Shown: positions 8,777 through 19,181 of the stretch, piece after piece
How the letters are laid out: each line of letters begins with the position of its first letter
Numbering within the stretch: the first letter of the stretch is position 1
DNA from: an uncultured delta proteobacterium
Lineage (GTDB): Bacteria > Desulfobacterota > Desulfuromonadia > Geobacterales > DSM-12255
DNA: 64,000 nucleotides
Assembly (NCBI GenBank): GCA_963787125.1
Contig: CAWBBV010000024.1
Location: forward strand, 32,001 to 96,000
Reading direction: 5' to 3'
Translations under genes and position numbers: made by a program
Notes under the pieces: model-generated
Told to the model about the DNA's origin: nothing
Seen by the model: the letters and a program-made list of their open reading frames with translations, nothing else
The model's database searches: none

Positions 8777-10768
8777 ATGGGTATGGACACAACTTGCAGT
8801 TCTAACGATCTTCCGGCGGATTTTTTCCGGACTGAATTTGACAGATTCATGCAGATCTGTAGTGAAGCTCCGTTCGGTCTCGGGGTACTTGACCGTTATC
8901 TTCGCTACGTCATCCTCAATGATGGTATGGCGGCAATCTATGGGAAAAAGGTAGAAGATTGCATCGGTAAGACCTTGCTAGAGGTTGATTCACACGTAGC
9001 AACCGTTCTTGAGCCCATATCCCGCCATGCCCTAGATGATGGCATGGCTCTTAAGGAGGTGGAGTCTCGTCTGAGCGGGGAACCTGAGGATGATGACGCT
9101 GTTGCTCGCTATTGGCGGATCAGCTGCTATCCGTTGCCGGCGGCTGACGGCGGCATTCAGGGCGCCTGTCTGGTAATTCGTGATATTACCGAGCAGAAAG
9201 TGCGGGAGATGGCCCAGGAAGAGCGACTGAAATTTGAAGCGCTTCTCTCGGCATTATCTGCCGAGTTTATCAACATGGATGTCAGCGAAGTTGATACCCG
9301 GGTAGTGCAGGGGTTGAAGCGGGTCCATGAGTTTCTGGGCTATGACCGGGTCACCATCTGGCAGTTTTCTCCCGTTGACGGCCGCTGCAATCTGACTCAT
9401 TCCCACTCTCTGCCGGACATTAAACAGCCGCCTCCAATTATCGATGATATCATCCCTGTCTGGGTAAACATTGCACGTCAGGGCGAAACGTTTATGGTCG
9501 ATGATGTGGAGGATCTTCCAGATACCTTCTGGCGGGAGAAAAAATACAGTAAGGACCAGGGGGGTATCAAGTCGATGTTCTATATCCCCTTGAGAACGGG
9601 TGCGGATGTGCATGGGCTTATTTCCGTTGTTTCCTATCGCCGCAAGCGAGCCTGGATAGATGTTTTCATTCAGCGGTTCCGCCTGTTGGGCGAAATCTTT
9701 GCCAATGCCCTGGAGCGAAAGCGCAGTAACCAGAAAATGCAGCAGGCTTTTGCTGAGATTGAACAGTTGCGAGACCGGCTGCAGGCTGAAAATCTCTTCC
9801 TCCGTGATCAGATTGATATTGAACTCAGGCATGAAGAGATTATCGGTGAGTCGGAAGCGGTCAGGAAAGTCCTGCTGAAGGCCAGACAGGTTGCCACAAC
9901 CGGATCGACGGTTCTCATTCTGGGGGAGACCGGCACCGGCAAGGAGCTGTTGGCGCGTGCTATACACACCCAGAGTGCTCGCAAGGATCGGCCGATGATC
10001 AAGCTTAACTGTGCCGCTCTCCCGGCGACTTTGATCGAAGCCGAGCTGTTTGGCCGGGAAAAGGGGGCTTACACTGGAGCCACCACGCGGCAGATCGGGC
10101 GCTTTGAAGCTGCCAACGGCTCTACCATCTTTCTCGACGAAATCGGTGAACTCCCTCTGGAGCTGCAGTCAAAACTTCTGCGTGTGCTTCAGGAAGGGCA
10201 GTTCGAAAGACTGGGCAGCAACGATCCGGTAAAGGTCGACGTGCGCGTGATTGCTGCAACCAATCGCGACCTTGCCCAATTTGTCAAGGATGGCCGCTTT
10301 CGGGAAGACCTTTACTATCGCTTGAACGTCTTTCCAATTTCATTGCCGCCATTGCGGGAAAGAAAAGAGGATATTCCACTTCTGGTCCGGGCGATGGTCA
10401 AAGAGCTGGAAATGGTGTTTGGCAAGTCCATCGAGAGCATTCCGAAGAAAAATATGGATGCCCTGGAATGCTATTCCTGGCCCGGGAATATCAGGGAACT
10501 TCGCAATGCCATTGAACGGGCGATGATCCTGAATGATGGGCCGACCCTGGTAGTTGAGGTTTCCGCCAGCGGCGCAGGAATAACGCCACTTTCATATTCG
10601 CTTAAAAGTGTTGAGCGGACACATATCATTTCAACGTTGGAAAAAACCGGTTGGCGCGTTCGCGGCAAGAACGGCGCAGCAGCCCTGCTTGAACTCCCTC
10701 CTTCAACCCTTGAATCAAAGATGAAAAAGCTGATTATCAAGCGCAAACCCCAAGCGCACGATATATAG
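8777..10768 (+). CDS. Sigma54-dependent transcriptional activator (PAS-GAF-AAA+-HTH)
   Basis: GETGTGKE, ELFGREKGAYTGA, FLDEIGE, WPGNIREL, C-terminal Fis-type HTH. Confidence 0.93.
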   Translation: MGMDTTCSSNDLPADFFRTEFDRFMQICSEAPFGLGVLDRYLRYVILNDGMAAIYGKKVEDCIGKTLLEVDSHVATVLEPISRHALDDGMALKEVESRLSGEPEDDDAVARYWRISCYPLPAADGGIQGACLVIRDITEQKVREMAQEERLKFEALLSALSAEFINMDVSEVDTRVVQGLKRVHEFLGYDRVTIWQFSPVDGRCNLTHSHSLPDIKQPPPIIDDIIPVWVNIARQGETFMVDDVEDLPDTFWREKKYSKDQGGIKSMFYIPLRTGADVHGLISVVSYRRKRAWIDVFIQRFRLLGEIFANALERKRSNQKMQQAFAEIEQLRDRLQAENLFLRDQIDIELRHEEIIGESEAVRKVLLKARQVATTGSTVLILGETGTGKELLARAIHTQSARKDRPMIKLNCAALPATLIEAELFGREKGAYTGATTRQIGRFEAANGSTIFLDEIGELPLELQSKLLRVLQEGQFERLGSNDPVKVDVRVIAATNRDLAQFVKDGRFREDLYYRLNVFPISLPPLRERKEDIPLLVRAMVKELEMVFGKSIESIPKKNMDALECYSWPGNIRELRNAIERAMILNDGPTLVVEVSASGAGITPLSYSLKSVERTHIISTLEKTGWRVRGKNGAAALLELPPSTLESKMKKLIIKRKPQAHDI

Positions 10769-10903
10769 TGGTTAGCACGATATGTCGTGCGTTACGGATT
10801 AATCAAGTCAGAATACTGCAAACCCCTTCCCTGTAAGCTAGTTACCTCTCCCCGTGCTCTCGGTTTTATTATGCCCAGTAACACGATATTTCGTGTTACT
10901 GGG
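10757..10903. promoter_or_regulatory. Three related palindromes CACGA-N4-TCGTG, candidate enhancer sites for the adjacent activator
   Basis: CACGATATATAGTG 10757-10770, GCACGATATGTCGTGC 10775-10790, CCCAGTAACACGA-TATT-TCGTGTTACTGGG 10874-10903. Confidence 0.65.
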
Positions 10904-10992
10904 AGCGGCTTACCGTATTTAGAATATTATCTCAAGTTAATAAAAGAATAATATCAGCATCTTATATGTCAATTTGCTTTGGTATAATGTTT

Positions 10993-11008
10993 TGGCACAA
11001 CTGCTGCA
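10993..11008 (+). promoter_or_regulatory. Sigma54 (-24/-12) promoter for the acyl-CoA dehydrogenase operon
   Basis: TGGCAC-AACTG-CTGCA with exact GG-N10-GC spacing, preceded by an AT-rich tract. Confidence 0.75.
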
Positions 11009-11217
11009 AAACATTGTTGTATAAAAGCGTAAACAAAAAAATAATGTAATTTCGGAATGTTAAGGCTGATATGAATGGACTAATACAGTTCCGGGCAGTA
11101 GCCAATGCTCTCAAGGTTGCATTCGTCGAATTAAAAACGCTATTTCGAGTAACACCATTATAGAAAAATCGAGCGTCAATAAAGACCACACTGTCTTAAC
11201 AAAAACGGAGGGAATCG

Positions 11218-12357
11218 ATGAATTTCGAACTAAGCCAGGACCACAAAGTACTACAGGATGCAGTCCGTGATTTCGTCAATAAAGAGATCAAACCGATAGC
11301 CATGAAGATCGACGAAGACCATGCCATCCCCGATGAACTGGTCAAAAAGATGGCCGACATGGGCTTTCTCGGCAGCTACCTGCCCGAAGAGTACGGCGGC
11401 GCCGGACTCGACATGCTTGCCTACGCCATCGTTGTCGAAGAAGTCTCCAAAGCCTGCGGTTCCAGCGGCGTCCTCATCTCCGCCCACACCTCCCTCTGCT
11501 CCGGTCCCATCTACACCTTCGGCACCCCCGAGCAGAAGAAGAAATGGCTGCCGGCCTTGAACAGCGGCGAGAAAATCGGCTGTTTCCTCCTCACCGAACC
11601 GGATGCAGGTAGTGACGCCGGCGGCACCGCCACCACCTACACCCGTGACGGCGATCACTTCGTCATCAACGGCAGCAAAACCTTTATCACCAACGGCGGC
11701 TACCTGGGCACCGGCGTCCTTCTGGCCTCCTTTGACAAAAGCCTCAAGCACAAAGGTATCTCCGCCTTCATCGTCGACCTCTCCTCACCCGGAGTTACCA
11801 TACTTAAAAACGAAAACAAAATGGGCATTCGCGGCAGCTACACCACCGCCTTTGCCTTTGACAACCTGCGCGTCCCGGTAGAGAACCTCCTCGGCCAGGA
11901 AGGCAAAGGCTTCAACATCGCCATGGACACTCTCAACGGCGGCCGGATCGGCATCGCCTCCCAAGCGCTCGGCATCGCTGAAGGGGCCTTCGAGCGGGCC
12001 CTTGCCTACTCCAAAGAGCGCAAACAGTTCGGTCAGGCCATCTGCGAATTCCAGGCGATCCAGTTCAAACTGGCTGACATGTGGACCCGGATCGAAACCA
12101 GCAAACTGCTCACCTACAAAGCCGCCTGCCTCAAAGACGCCAAAAAGAGCTACACCATGGAATCGGCCATGTGCAAGATGCACGCCTCTGAAACCGCCAC
12201 CTTTGTCACCAAAGAAGCGATTCAGGTTCATGGCGGCTACGGCTACATCGTCGACTACGAAGTGGAGCGGATGTACCGCGACGCCAAGATCACCGAGATC
12301 TATGAAGGGACCAATGAAGTGCAAAGGGTAGTCATTTCGAAACTGTTGTTGTCATAA
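11218..12357 (+). CDS. Short-chain (butyryl-CoA-type) acyl-CoA dehydrogenase
   Basis: LTEPDAGSD, NGSKTFITN, GGRIGIA, QVHGGYGY, IYEGTNE. Confidence 0.93.
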   Translation: MNFELSQDHKVLQDAVRDFVNKEIKPIAMKIDEDHAIPDELVKKMADMGFLGSYLPEEYGGAGLDMLAYAIVVEEVSKACGSSGVLISAHTSLCSGPIYTFGTPEQKKKWLPALNSGEKIGCFLLTEPDAGSDAGGTATTYTRDGDHFVINGSKTFITNGGYLGTGVLLASFDKSLKHKGISAFIVDLSSPGVTILKNENKMGIRGSYTTAFAFDNLRVPVENLLGQEGKGFNIAMDTLNGGRIGIASQALGIAEGAFERALAYSKERKQFGQAICEFQAIQFKLADMWTRIETSKLLTYKAACLKDAKKSYTMESAMCKMHASETATFVTKEAIQVHGGYGYIVDYEVERMYRDAKITEIYEGTNEVQRVVISKLLLS

Positions 12358-12370
12358 GGGGAATCTATTT

Positions 12371-13717
12371 ATGTCAGGTATCTGGAAAAGTCAGTATCGC
12401 AAAAAACTGAGAAGCGCCGATGATGCTGTTGGCATGGTCAAATCAGGCGATGTCATTTTCATGGGTGAATTCGCCCAGAACATCGAGGCACTGGATGCAG
12501 CCCTGGCCAGGAGAAAGCATGAGCTGGCGGACATCATCCTGGAAACCACTACCCGGACCAGACCGCTTAAATGTGTTGAGGTCGATCCAAAGAGGGAGGT
12601 CTTTACCTGGGGTGATTGGCACTTTTCCGGGGTAGGGCGGAAATTCTCCGAACAGGGACTCGCGAGCTACATCCCCTTTACCTATCATCAAGGTCCGGGG
12701 GCGGTTACCAAATACAACAAGGTCGATGTGGCTTTTGTCCAGGTAGCACCCATGGATGACAAAGGTTTCTTTAATTTCTCCACCTCCTGCTCCCTGACTC
12801 CTGCTTATTGTCATAAGGCAAAAACGGTCATCGTCGAAGTGAACAGCAACTGCCCGCGCTGTTATGGCGGCAACAGCGAGGGAATCCATGTCTCCGAAGT
12901 CGATTTCGTGGTGGAGGGGCCGAACAACCCGCTCCTGGAACTTCCTGCAGCCGCGGCCAGCGAAGCGGACCGGGGGATAGCCGCCCATGTCATGGAGCTG
13001 ATGGAAGACGGCGCCACCATCCAGCTTGGGATTGGCGGTCTTCCCAATGTGGTCGGTTCCATGATTGCCCAGAGCGACTTGAAAGATATCGGCGTTCACA
13101 CCGAGATGCTGGCCGACTCCTACGTGGAGATGTACGAAGCGGGGAGGGTGACCGGCAAACGGAAGAATATCGACAAAGGGAAGATGGTCTACACCTTTGC
13201 CATGGGGTCGCGCAAACTGTACGACTTTCTCGACAACAACCCTATGTGCGCCTCCTATCCGGTCAATTACACCAATGACCCGGAAAATATCTGCAAGAAC
13301 GACAAGGTGATTGCCATCAATAATGCCCTGGAAGTGGATCTCTTTTCCCAGGTCGCGTCCGAATCCAGCGGCGCCCGGCAGATATCCGGAACCGGCGGCC
13401 AGCTTGACTTCATCTTCGGCGCCTTTAAGTCCGAGGGTGGCAAGGGGCTGATCTGTATCAGCTCCACCTTCAAGAAAAAAGACGGCACCATCGGCTCCCG
13501 CATCGTCCCGACCCTTTCTCCTGGGACGATTGTTACCTGTCCGCGCTCCATTGTTCATTATGTGGTAACCGAGTTCGGCTATGCCCAGTTAAAAGGGAAA
13601 TCCACCTGGCAGCGGGCCGAAGCGCTGATCAATATCGCCCACCCCGATTTTCGGGATGAACTGGTCAAGCAGGCGCAGGAACTGAATATCTGGCGGCACA
13701 GCAACAAGATTGTTTGA
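12371..13717 (+). CDS. Acetyl-CoA hydrolase/transferase family CoA-transferase (4-hydroxybutyrate/butyryl-CoA:acetate type)
   Basis: QLGIGG, GVHTEM (catalytic Glu), SGTGGQLDF, VTEFG, IAHPDFR. Confidence 0.9.
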   Translation: MSGIWKSQYRKKLRSADDAVGMVKSGDVIFMGEFAQNIEALDAALARRKHELADIILETTTRTRPLKCVEVDPKREVFTWGDWHFSGVGRKFSEQGLASYIPFTYHQGPGAVTKYNKVDVAFVQVAPMDDKGFFNFSTSCSLTPAYCHKAKTVIVEVNSNCPRCYGGNSEGIHVSEVDFVVEGPNNPLLELPAAAASEADRGIAAHVMELMEDGATIQLGIGGLPNVVGSMIAQSDLKDIGVHTEMLADSYVEMYEAGRVTGKRKNIDKGKMVYTFAMGSRKLYDFLDNNPMCASYPVNYTNDPENICKNDKVIAINNALEVDLFSQVASESSGARQISGTGGQLDFIFGAFKSEGGKGLICISSTFKKKDGTIGSRIVPTLSPGTIVTCPRSIVHYVVTEFGYAQLKGKSTWQRAEALINIAHPDFRDELVKQAQELNIWRHSNKIV

Positions 13718-13769
13718 TCGGGCTAACCGCACGTGAAGACGAATAATTTACTAAAAGGAGATGGCAGCT

Positions 13770-14075
13770 ATGGCAAAAGATTACAACTGGGACGCAATTG
13801 CACAAAGCCCGAAATTCCGGGAACTTCATCGGCGGAAAAAAAACTTTCTCTTCGGCTGGTGGGCCTTCGCATCGGTTTTTTACCTCCTCCTGCTCCTCGG
13901 CGTTGGCTACGCCCCCGATCTGTTCAAGATAAAAGTGATCGGCAATATTAATGTCTGTTATCTGTTCGCGCTGCTCCAGTTTGTGTCTTCCTGGGGGATT
14001 GCTATCTATTACGCCCATGTGGCTAACAAAGATTTCGACCGGATGACGACAGAACTTCTCAACGAAATCGGATAA
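13770..14075 (+). CDS. DUF485 (YjcH-like) membrane protein, partner of ActP
   Basis: SPKFRELHRRK plus two hydrophobic segments, directly upstream of the SSS symporter. Confidence 0.82.
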   Translation: MAKDYNWDAIAQSPKFRELHRRKKNFLFGWWAFASVFYLLLLLGVGYAPDLFKIKVIGNINVCYLFALLQFVSSWGIAIYYAHVANKDFDRMTTELLNEIG

Positions 14076-14088
14076 GGGAGAATTTACG

Positions 14089-16071
14089 ATGACACGTGCG
14101 ATGATTATACTGACTCTGCTGCTGACCCTGGGAACGACAGCTTTTGCTGTTGAGACGTCAGGTAAAGCGTTACCTGCGGCATCTCCGGCTGTTGCCGCGC
14201 CGGTTGCACAATCAGCGGCGCTACCGGGATCAACTACTGCAACTGCACCGAATCCGGCTGCTCAACCGGCAGTGAATGCCGCTGCGCCTGCCGCCGCCCC
14301 GAAGCTCAAAACCAACCGGATGATTACTATGAGCATGTTTCTGGTCATCATCGCTTTCACTATGGGGATAGTCGTCTGGGCTGCCAGGCAGACCAAAACA
14401 GCTGCCGACTTCTATACGGCCGGCGGCGGGATAACCGGTTTCCAGAACGGCTGGGCCATCGCCGGTGACTACCTCTCCGCCGCCACCTTCCTCGGCATCA
14501 CCGGCCTGATCTCCATTGCCGGTATGGACGGCTTCATGTATGCGGTCGGGCCGATGGTTACCTTTGTCACCATCCTCCTGGTCATTGCCGAGCCGTGCCG
14601 CAACGCCGGTAAATACACCATGGGAGACATTCTTGCCTTTCGCTCCTCGCCCAAAGTAGTACGCGGTTTTGCCGCCCTTTCCACAGTAACGGTCTCCATA
14701 TTCTACCTTCTGGCCCAGATGGTCGGCGCCGGCAAACTGATGCAGGTACTGCTTGATATCCCCTTCAAGACTTCTGTAGTCGGGGTCGGTTTGCTGATTA
14801 TTGTCTATGTTGGATTTGGCGGTATGAAGGCGACCACCTGGGTGCAGATTATCAAGGCCGGTCTGCTGATGGCCTGCGGCGTCTTTATGTCCGGGATGAT
14901 CATGATCAAGATGGGGCTGAGTCCGGTTCGCTTCTTCGCGGAAATCGCTGCCAGTGTCCCGATTCAGGATTATGTCAGGGGTATTTTGAAACATCCACTT
15001 GCCGAGCAGGGATTTGATTACGGTCAGCGTTTTCTCGAGCCCGGACTGTTCCTCAAGAACCCGATCGACCAGATCTCCCTTGGTCTTGCCTGGCTTTTGG
15101 GTGCAGCCGGTCTGCCGCATATCATGATGCGTTTTTTCACCGTCCCCAACGCCAAGGCCGCCCGCACCAGCGTTATCGTCGCCATGTTTCTGATCGGTTT
15201 CTTCTTTATCATGACGACAATTCTTGGCTTTGGCGCCTCAATCTATCTGACTCCACAGCTGCTCACGGCTGTTGACAAGGGTGGCAATATGTCAGCGCTA
15301 CTGCTGGCCCAGTTTCTCGGTGGCGGCGCCGGTACCATCGGCGGCGACATGTTTCTTGCATTTGTCTGCGCAGTGGCTTTCACTACTATTCTCGCTGTGG
15401 TATCCGGACTGGTGCTGGCCTCCTCTGCGGCAATTTCCCACGATGTCTATGTCAACATCATCAAGGACGGAAAGGCTGATCAGAAGTCTCAGGTTAGAGT
15501 TGCCCGGATAACCTCTTTGGTTGTCGGTATCATCGCTATTATTCTTGGCATTGCCGCCGAGAAGCAAAACATCGTTCATCTGGTCGCTCTTGCCTTTGCC
15601 GTTGCTGCTTCAGGGAATTTTCCGGTTATTATTCTTTCTCTTTTCTGGAAACGCTTTAATACCGCCGGCATTATCTCCGGTCTGACTGTCGGCGCTGTCA
15701 CTGCCATCGGCCTGGTTATGGTTTCACCGAATATGACCTATCCCAAAAAGGTCGCCGCAGATGCCCAGAAAATTGTAACGGTTCTGGAAAAGAAGCAAGC
15801 CGAAGGTGTTGTGCTGGCGGAAAAAGATCTGAAAACTCTGGACAAGGCACGTGGCGACTATGAGAAGAACAAAAACGGTACTTCCATGCTCGGCCTTGAT
15901 GCGCCACTCTTTGCCCTTAAAAACCCTGGCATCATTTCCGTACCGATGGGTTTTCTGGCAGCAATATTCGGTTGCCTCCTTTTCCGTGATCGCCGTGCTG
16001 AAGATATGTTCAACGAGATTTATGTCCGCCAGAATACCGGTCTCGGCATTGCCGAGGCAACTGATCATTGA
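14089..16071 (+). CDS. actP: Cation/acetate symporter (solute:sodium symporter family)
   Basis: NGWAIAGDYLSAATFLG, GGMKATTWVQIIKA, GLPHIMMRFFTVP. Confidence 0.9.
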   Translation: MTRAMIILTLLLTLGTTAFAVETSGKALPAASPAVAAPVAQSAALPGSTTATAPNPAAQPAVNAAAPAAAPKLKTNRMITMSMFLVIIAFTMGIVVWAARQTKTAADFYTAGGGITGFQNGWAIAGDYLSAATFLGITGLISIAGMDGFMYAVGPMVTFVTILLVIAEPCRNAGKYTMGDILAFRSSPKVVRGFAALSTVTVSIFYLLAQMVGAGKLMQVLLDIPFKTSVVGVGLLIIVYVGFGGMKATTWVQIIKAGLLMACGVFMSGMIMIKMGLSPVRFFAEIAASVPIQDYVRGILKHPLAEQGFDYGQRFLEPGLFLKNPIDQISLGLAWLLGAAGLPHIMMRFFTVPNAKAARTSVIVAMFLIGFFFIMTTILGFGASIYLTPQLLTAVDKGGNMSALLLAQFLGGGAGTIGGDMFLAFVCAVAFTTILAVVSGLVLASSAAISHDVYVNIIKDGKADQKSQVRVARITSLVVGIIAIILGIAAEKQNIVHLVALAFAVAASGNFPVIILSLFWKRFNTAGIISGLTVGAVTAIGLVMVSPNMTYPKKVAADAQKIVTVLEKKQAEGVVLAEKDLKTLDKARGDYEKNKNGTSMLGLDAPLFALKNPGIISVPMGFLAAIFGCLLFRDRRAEDMFNEIYVRQNTGLGIAEATDH

Positions 16072-16156
16072 AAAGTAGTGGCTTGTTAAAGCTAAGGTTT
16101 ACCTGTGAAAATCAGTCTAATTGTCTGCTGCTATGTCTCCTTTCTTGATTTTGTCA

Positions 16157-16187
16157 GGGCCAACCGACGGGTTGGCCCGGTTTTTTT
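16157..16187 (+). terminator. Rho-independent terminator
   Basis: GGGCCAACC-GACG-GGTTGGCCC, then GG and a T7 run. Confidence 0.8.
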
Positions 16188-16327
16188 AACCCAAAAATCT
16201 GCTCTACGAAAACTCATATCTTTCCTCACGTGGCGGTGAATATAGAGAATGTTGCAAGAGCAATATCTTTGCTGGAAAGAAGCATAAATTTTTTCCTCAT
16301 TTTTGTAGAATGTTGTTATTTTATTAC

Positions 16328-16357
16328 TTGACATGGACGTTAAGAAGAAGTAAAAAT
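16328..16357 (+). promoter_or_regulatory. Putative sigma70 promoter overlapped by a LiuR-like operator
   Basis: TTGACA-17nt-TAAAAA(T). TTGACATGGACGTTAA resembles the TTGACGT-NN-ACGTCAA dyad. Confidence 0.4.
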
Positions 16358-16392
16358 GTTTTCAAGCATAAATATCGTGAGGAGAAACAACC

Positions 16393-18378
16393 ATGGAAGC
16401 AACGCGAGAAATCTACTGGAACGTCGGTCACGGGGTAGTCTGGGTTATGTACCTCTCCGCATTCGCTGCCATGGGTATCTGCGGCTGGGGGTTCTGGAAA
16501 CGGCTGCCGGTATACCGTCTTGGCAAACCTCTTTCACGTTTTGACCGGATGCCTGAAAGAGTGGTGCTGATGCTTAAAAACATCCTCGGCCAAACCAAGG
16601 TTCTGCGGGTGCTGGATCCGGGCTTTCTTCACGGCCTGTTTTTCTGGGGTTTCGGACTGCTCTTTATCGGTACGCTACTAATTATGGCTCAGGCCGATTT
16701 TACCGCTCCGGTTCTCGGGATAAAATTCTTGAGCGGCACTTTCTATAAACTGTTTTCACTGGTTCTGGACCTGGCCGGTCTGGTCGTCCTCCTGATGCTG
16801 TGTGGTCTTTTCGTGCGGCGTTTTGCCGTCAAGCCGGAAGGGCTCGAGACAATCCGTGACGATTACGTCATGCATGGTCTCCTGTTTGCCATTATTATTA
16901 CCGGGTTTTTGGCTGAAGGTGTCAGGATGGCAGCTACGGAGCTGGTGCAAAACCCTGAATTGGCAAGATTCTCACCTGTTGGCAAGCTGGTGGGACAACT
17001 CTTCCTCGGTCAATCGGCAGCGTCCTTGAGTCTGACCCATAAAATCCTTTGGTGGGTGCATCTCTTTCTTGCCATGGGCTTTATCGCAATCATCCCCTTT
17101 ACCAAGCTGCGCCATATCTTTACTACCAGTGCCAACTACCTTTTCGCTGATCTCGGTCCAAAGGGCGCCATTGCCACGATCAATATGGAAGATGAGACCA
17201 TCGAGCAGTTTGGCGCTGCCCATGTGGCTGATCTGACCTGGAAAGATATTTTTGATGCTGATGCCTGCACCAGCTGCAAGCGTTGTCAGGACCGCTGTCC
17301 CGCCCACGCTACCGGCAAGCCGCTGTCGCCAATGAAGCTGGTGCAGCAGGTTGGTGATATCGCCCGCACAGCTCCTGAAACTGCATTGTGCGAAAAGGTC
17401 AGTGAGGACGTGCTCTGGTCCTGTACTACCTGCCGCGCCTGCCAGGATATCTGTCCGGCAAGCGTTGAGCATGTCAATAAAATCATCGAGATGCGCAGAA
17501 ATCTCTCGCTTATGGAAGGTTCATTCCCCGGGGATGAAGTTCGCACCGCTATCGGCAATATCGAAGTGAACGGTAACCCTTTCGGTCTGGCATACGCTGC
17601 CCGGGGCGAGTGGGCAAGCGATCTGCCGGTCACCGTCATGGAGAGCGGCGCGGAGGTCGACATTCTTTATTTTGTCGGCTGCTATGCTTCCTTTGACAAG
17701 CGTAATCAGGCAATAGCCAAGAACTTTATCACCATTTGTGCAGCTGCCGGAATCAGAGTCGGTATTCTCGGTAAAGAAGAAAAATGCTGCGGCGAGCCGG
17801 CCAGAAAACTCGGCAATGAATACCTTTACCAGACCATGGCCCAGGAAAACATCGAGCTTATCAAAGGCTACGGCGTCAAAAAGATCGTCACTACCTGTCC
17901 CCACTGCTTCAACACTCTTGGGCGCGACTATCAGGATCTCGGGCTGGAGTTGCCGGTCGAGCACTACACTACCTATATAAATAATCTCATCAATGACGGC
18001 AGGCTGAAGCTGACTGCAGAGCCATTTGATTATACCTATCATGACTCCTGTTATCTTGGCCGCTACATGGACATTATTGACGAACCTCGCAATGTCCTCA
18101 ATACAGCCGGTGGTCGCCTCACAGAAATGGACCGCTCCCGCTATGACAGTTTCTGTTGCAGTGCCGGTGGCGGCCGTATTCTGGCTGAAGAGAAAATCGG
18201 CACAAAGATCAGTGAAGTACGGGTCAAAATGGCCCAGGAAACCGGGGCGCCGCTCCTGGTATCAAACTGCCCGTTCTGTCTCACCATGTTTGAAGACGGT
18301 ATCAAGACCGGTGGCGCTGAAGGCGAACTTAGAGTCAGAGATCTGGCAGAAATCGTCGCAGAGCGCATTTCCGCCTAA
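16393..18378 (+). CDS. Membrane-bound HdrD/FadF-like Fe-S oxidoreductase (ETF:menaquinone oxidoreductase-like), copy 1
   Basis: N-terminal TM domain with His residues, CTSCKRCQDRCP, CTTCRACQDICP, two CCG-type domains. Adjacent to etfBA. Confidence 0.88.
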   Translation: MEATREIYWNVGHGVVWVMYLSAFAAMGICGWGFWKRLPVYRLGKPLSRFDRMPERVVLMLKNILGQTKVLRVLDPGFLHGLFFWGFGLLFIGTLLIMAQADFTAPVLGIKFLSGTFYKLFSLVLDLAGLVVLLMLCGLFVRRFAVKPEGLETIRDDYVMHGLLFAIIITGFLAEGVRMAATELVQNPELARFSPVGKLVGQLFLGQSAASLSLTHKILWWVHLFLAMGFIAIIPFTKLRHIFTTSANYLFADLGPKGAIATINMEDETIEQFGAAHVADLTWKDIFDADACTSCKRCQDRCPAHATGKPLSPMKLVQQVGDIARTAPETALCEKVSEDVLWSCTTCRACQDICPASVEHVNKIIEMRRNLSLMEGSFPGDEVRTAIGNIEVNGNPFGLAYAARGEWASDLPVTVMESGAEVDILYFVGCYASFDKRNQAIAKNFITICAAAGIRVGILGKEEKCCGEPARKLGNEYLYQTMAQENIELIKGYGVKKIVTTCPHCFNTLGRDYQDLGLELPVEHYTTYINNLINDGRLKLTAEPFDYTYHDSCYLGRYMDIIDEPRNVLNTAGGRLTEMDRSRYDSFCCSAGGGRILAEEKIGTKISEVRVKMAQETGAPLLVSNCPFCLTMFEDGIKTGGAEGELRVRDLAEIVAERISA

Positions 18379-18395
18379 CAATGAGGAGGTAATAG

Positions 18396-19172
18396 ATGAA
18401 ACTGCTGGTATGTATCAAACAGGTTCCTGATCTGGAATCACGCTTTAAACCGAACGCAGAAGGAGTCTGGTACAACGAAACTGATCTTGCCTGGCGTATG
18501 AATGAATATGACGAATACGCAGTGGAGCAGGCTGTGCAGTTGCGGGAAAAACTGGGTGACAGTTGTGAACTGACCGTTCTCTCAATCGGCCCTGATCGTG
18601 TTGTCGAAGCGATTAAAAAGGCGCTTGCCATGGGAGCTGACAAAGCGGTGCACGTCCAGGACCCTGCAGCAGCTGCTAAAGATCCGTGGCAGATTGCTTC
18701 GATTATCGCCACTTATGCCAAAGGTCAGAGTTTTGACATCATCTTCACCGGCATGCAGTCCCAGGATCGCGGCTCAGCACAGGTTGGAGTGGCTGTCGCC
18801 GAAATACTCGGCTTTGCCTCCAGCACGACTCTGGTCGGCTTTGCATACGACAACGGCGTCATAACCGCAAAGCGTGAACTAGAAGGTGGCATCAAGGGTG
18901 TCGTCAAGATGAGTACGCCCGCCCTGGTTACCTGTCAACTGGGACTTAACGTGCCGCGTTACCCGACTCTGCCCAATATTATGAAAGCCAAAAAGAAAGA
19001 GATCATTGCTGTTCCCGTGGCAGACCTGCTTACGGAAGCAACAATTGCTACTACGGTCAGCTTCCATCCGCCGGCTAAAAAGGGTGGCGGGATTGTACTT
19101 GAGGGTGAGGTAGGCAGTCTTGTTGACCAACTGCTGGGGATTCTGAAAGAAAAGACCGCGGTATTGAGATAG
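18396..19172 (+). CDS. etfB: Electron transfer flavoprotein beta subunit
   Basis: VCIKQVPD, NEYDEYAVE, GMQSQD, PRYP. Confidence 0.93.
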   Translation: MKLLVCIKQVPDLESRFKPNAEGVWYNETDLAWRMNEYDEYAVEQAVQLREKLGDSCELTVLSIGPDRVVEAIKKALAMGADKAVHVQDPAAAAKDPWQIASIIATYAKGQSFDIIFTGMQSQDRGSAQVGVAVAEILGFASSTTLVGFAYDNGVITAKRELEGGIKGVVKMSTPALVTCQLGLNVPRYPTLPNIMKAKKKEIIAVPVADLLTEATIATTVSFHPPAKKGGGIVLEGEVGSLVDQLLGILKEKTAVLR

Positions 19173-19181
19173 GAGATCCAT

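Noticed and set aside
10757..10903. Repeated palindromes as a mini-CRISPR
   Set aside because: Units are short, unevenly spaced and non-identical, and there are no cas genes. An enhancer role fits better.
11010..11217. Riboswitch in the long leader before the acyl-CoA dehydrogenase
   Set aside because: I could not match any known aptamer consensus or a terminator. An Rfam scan would be needed.
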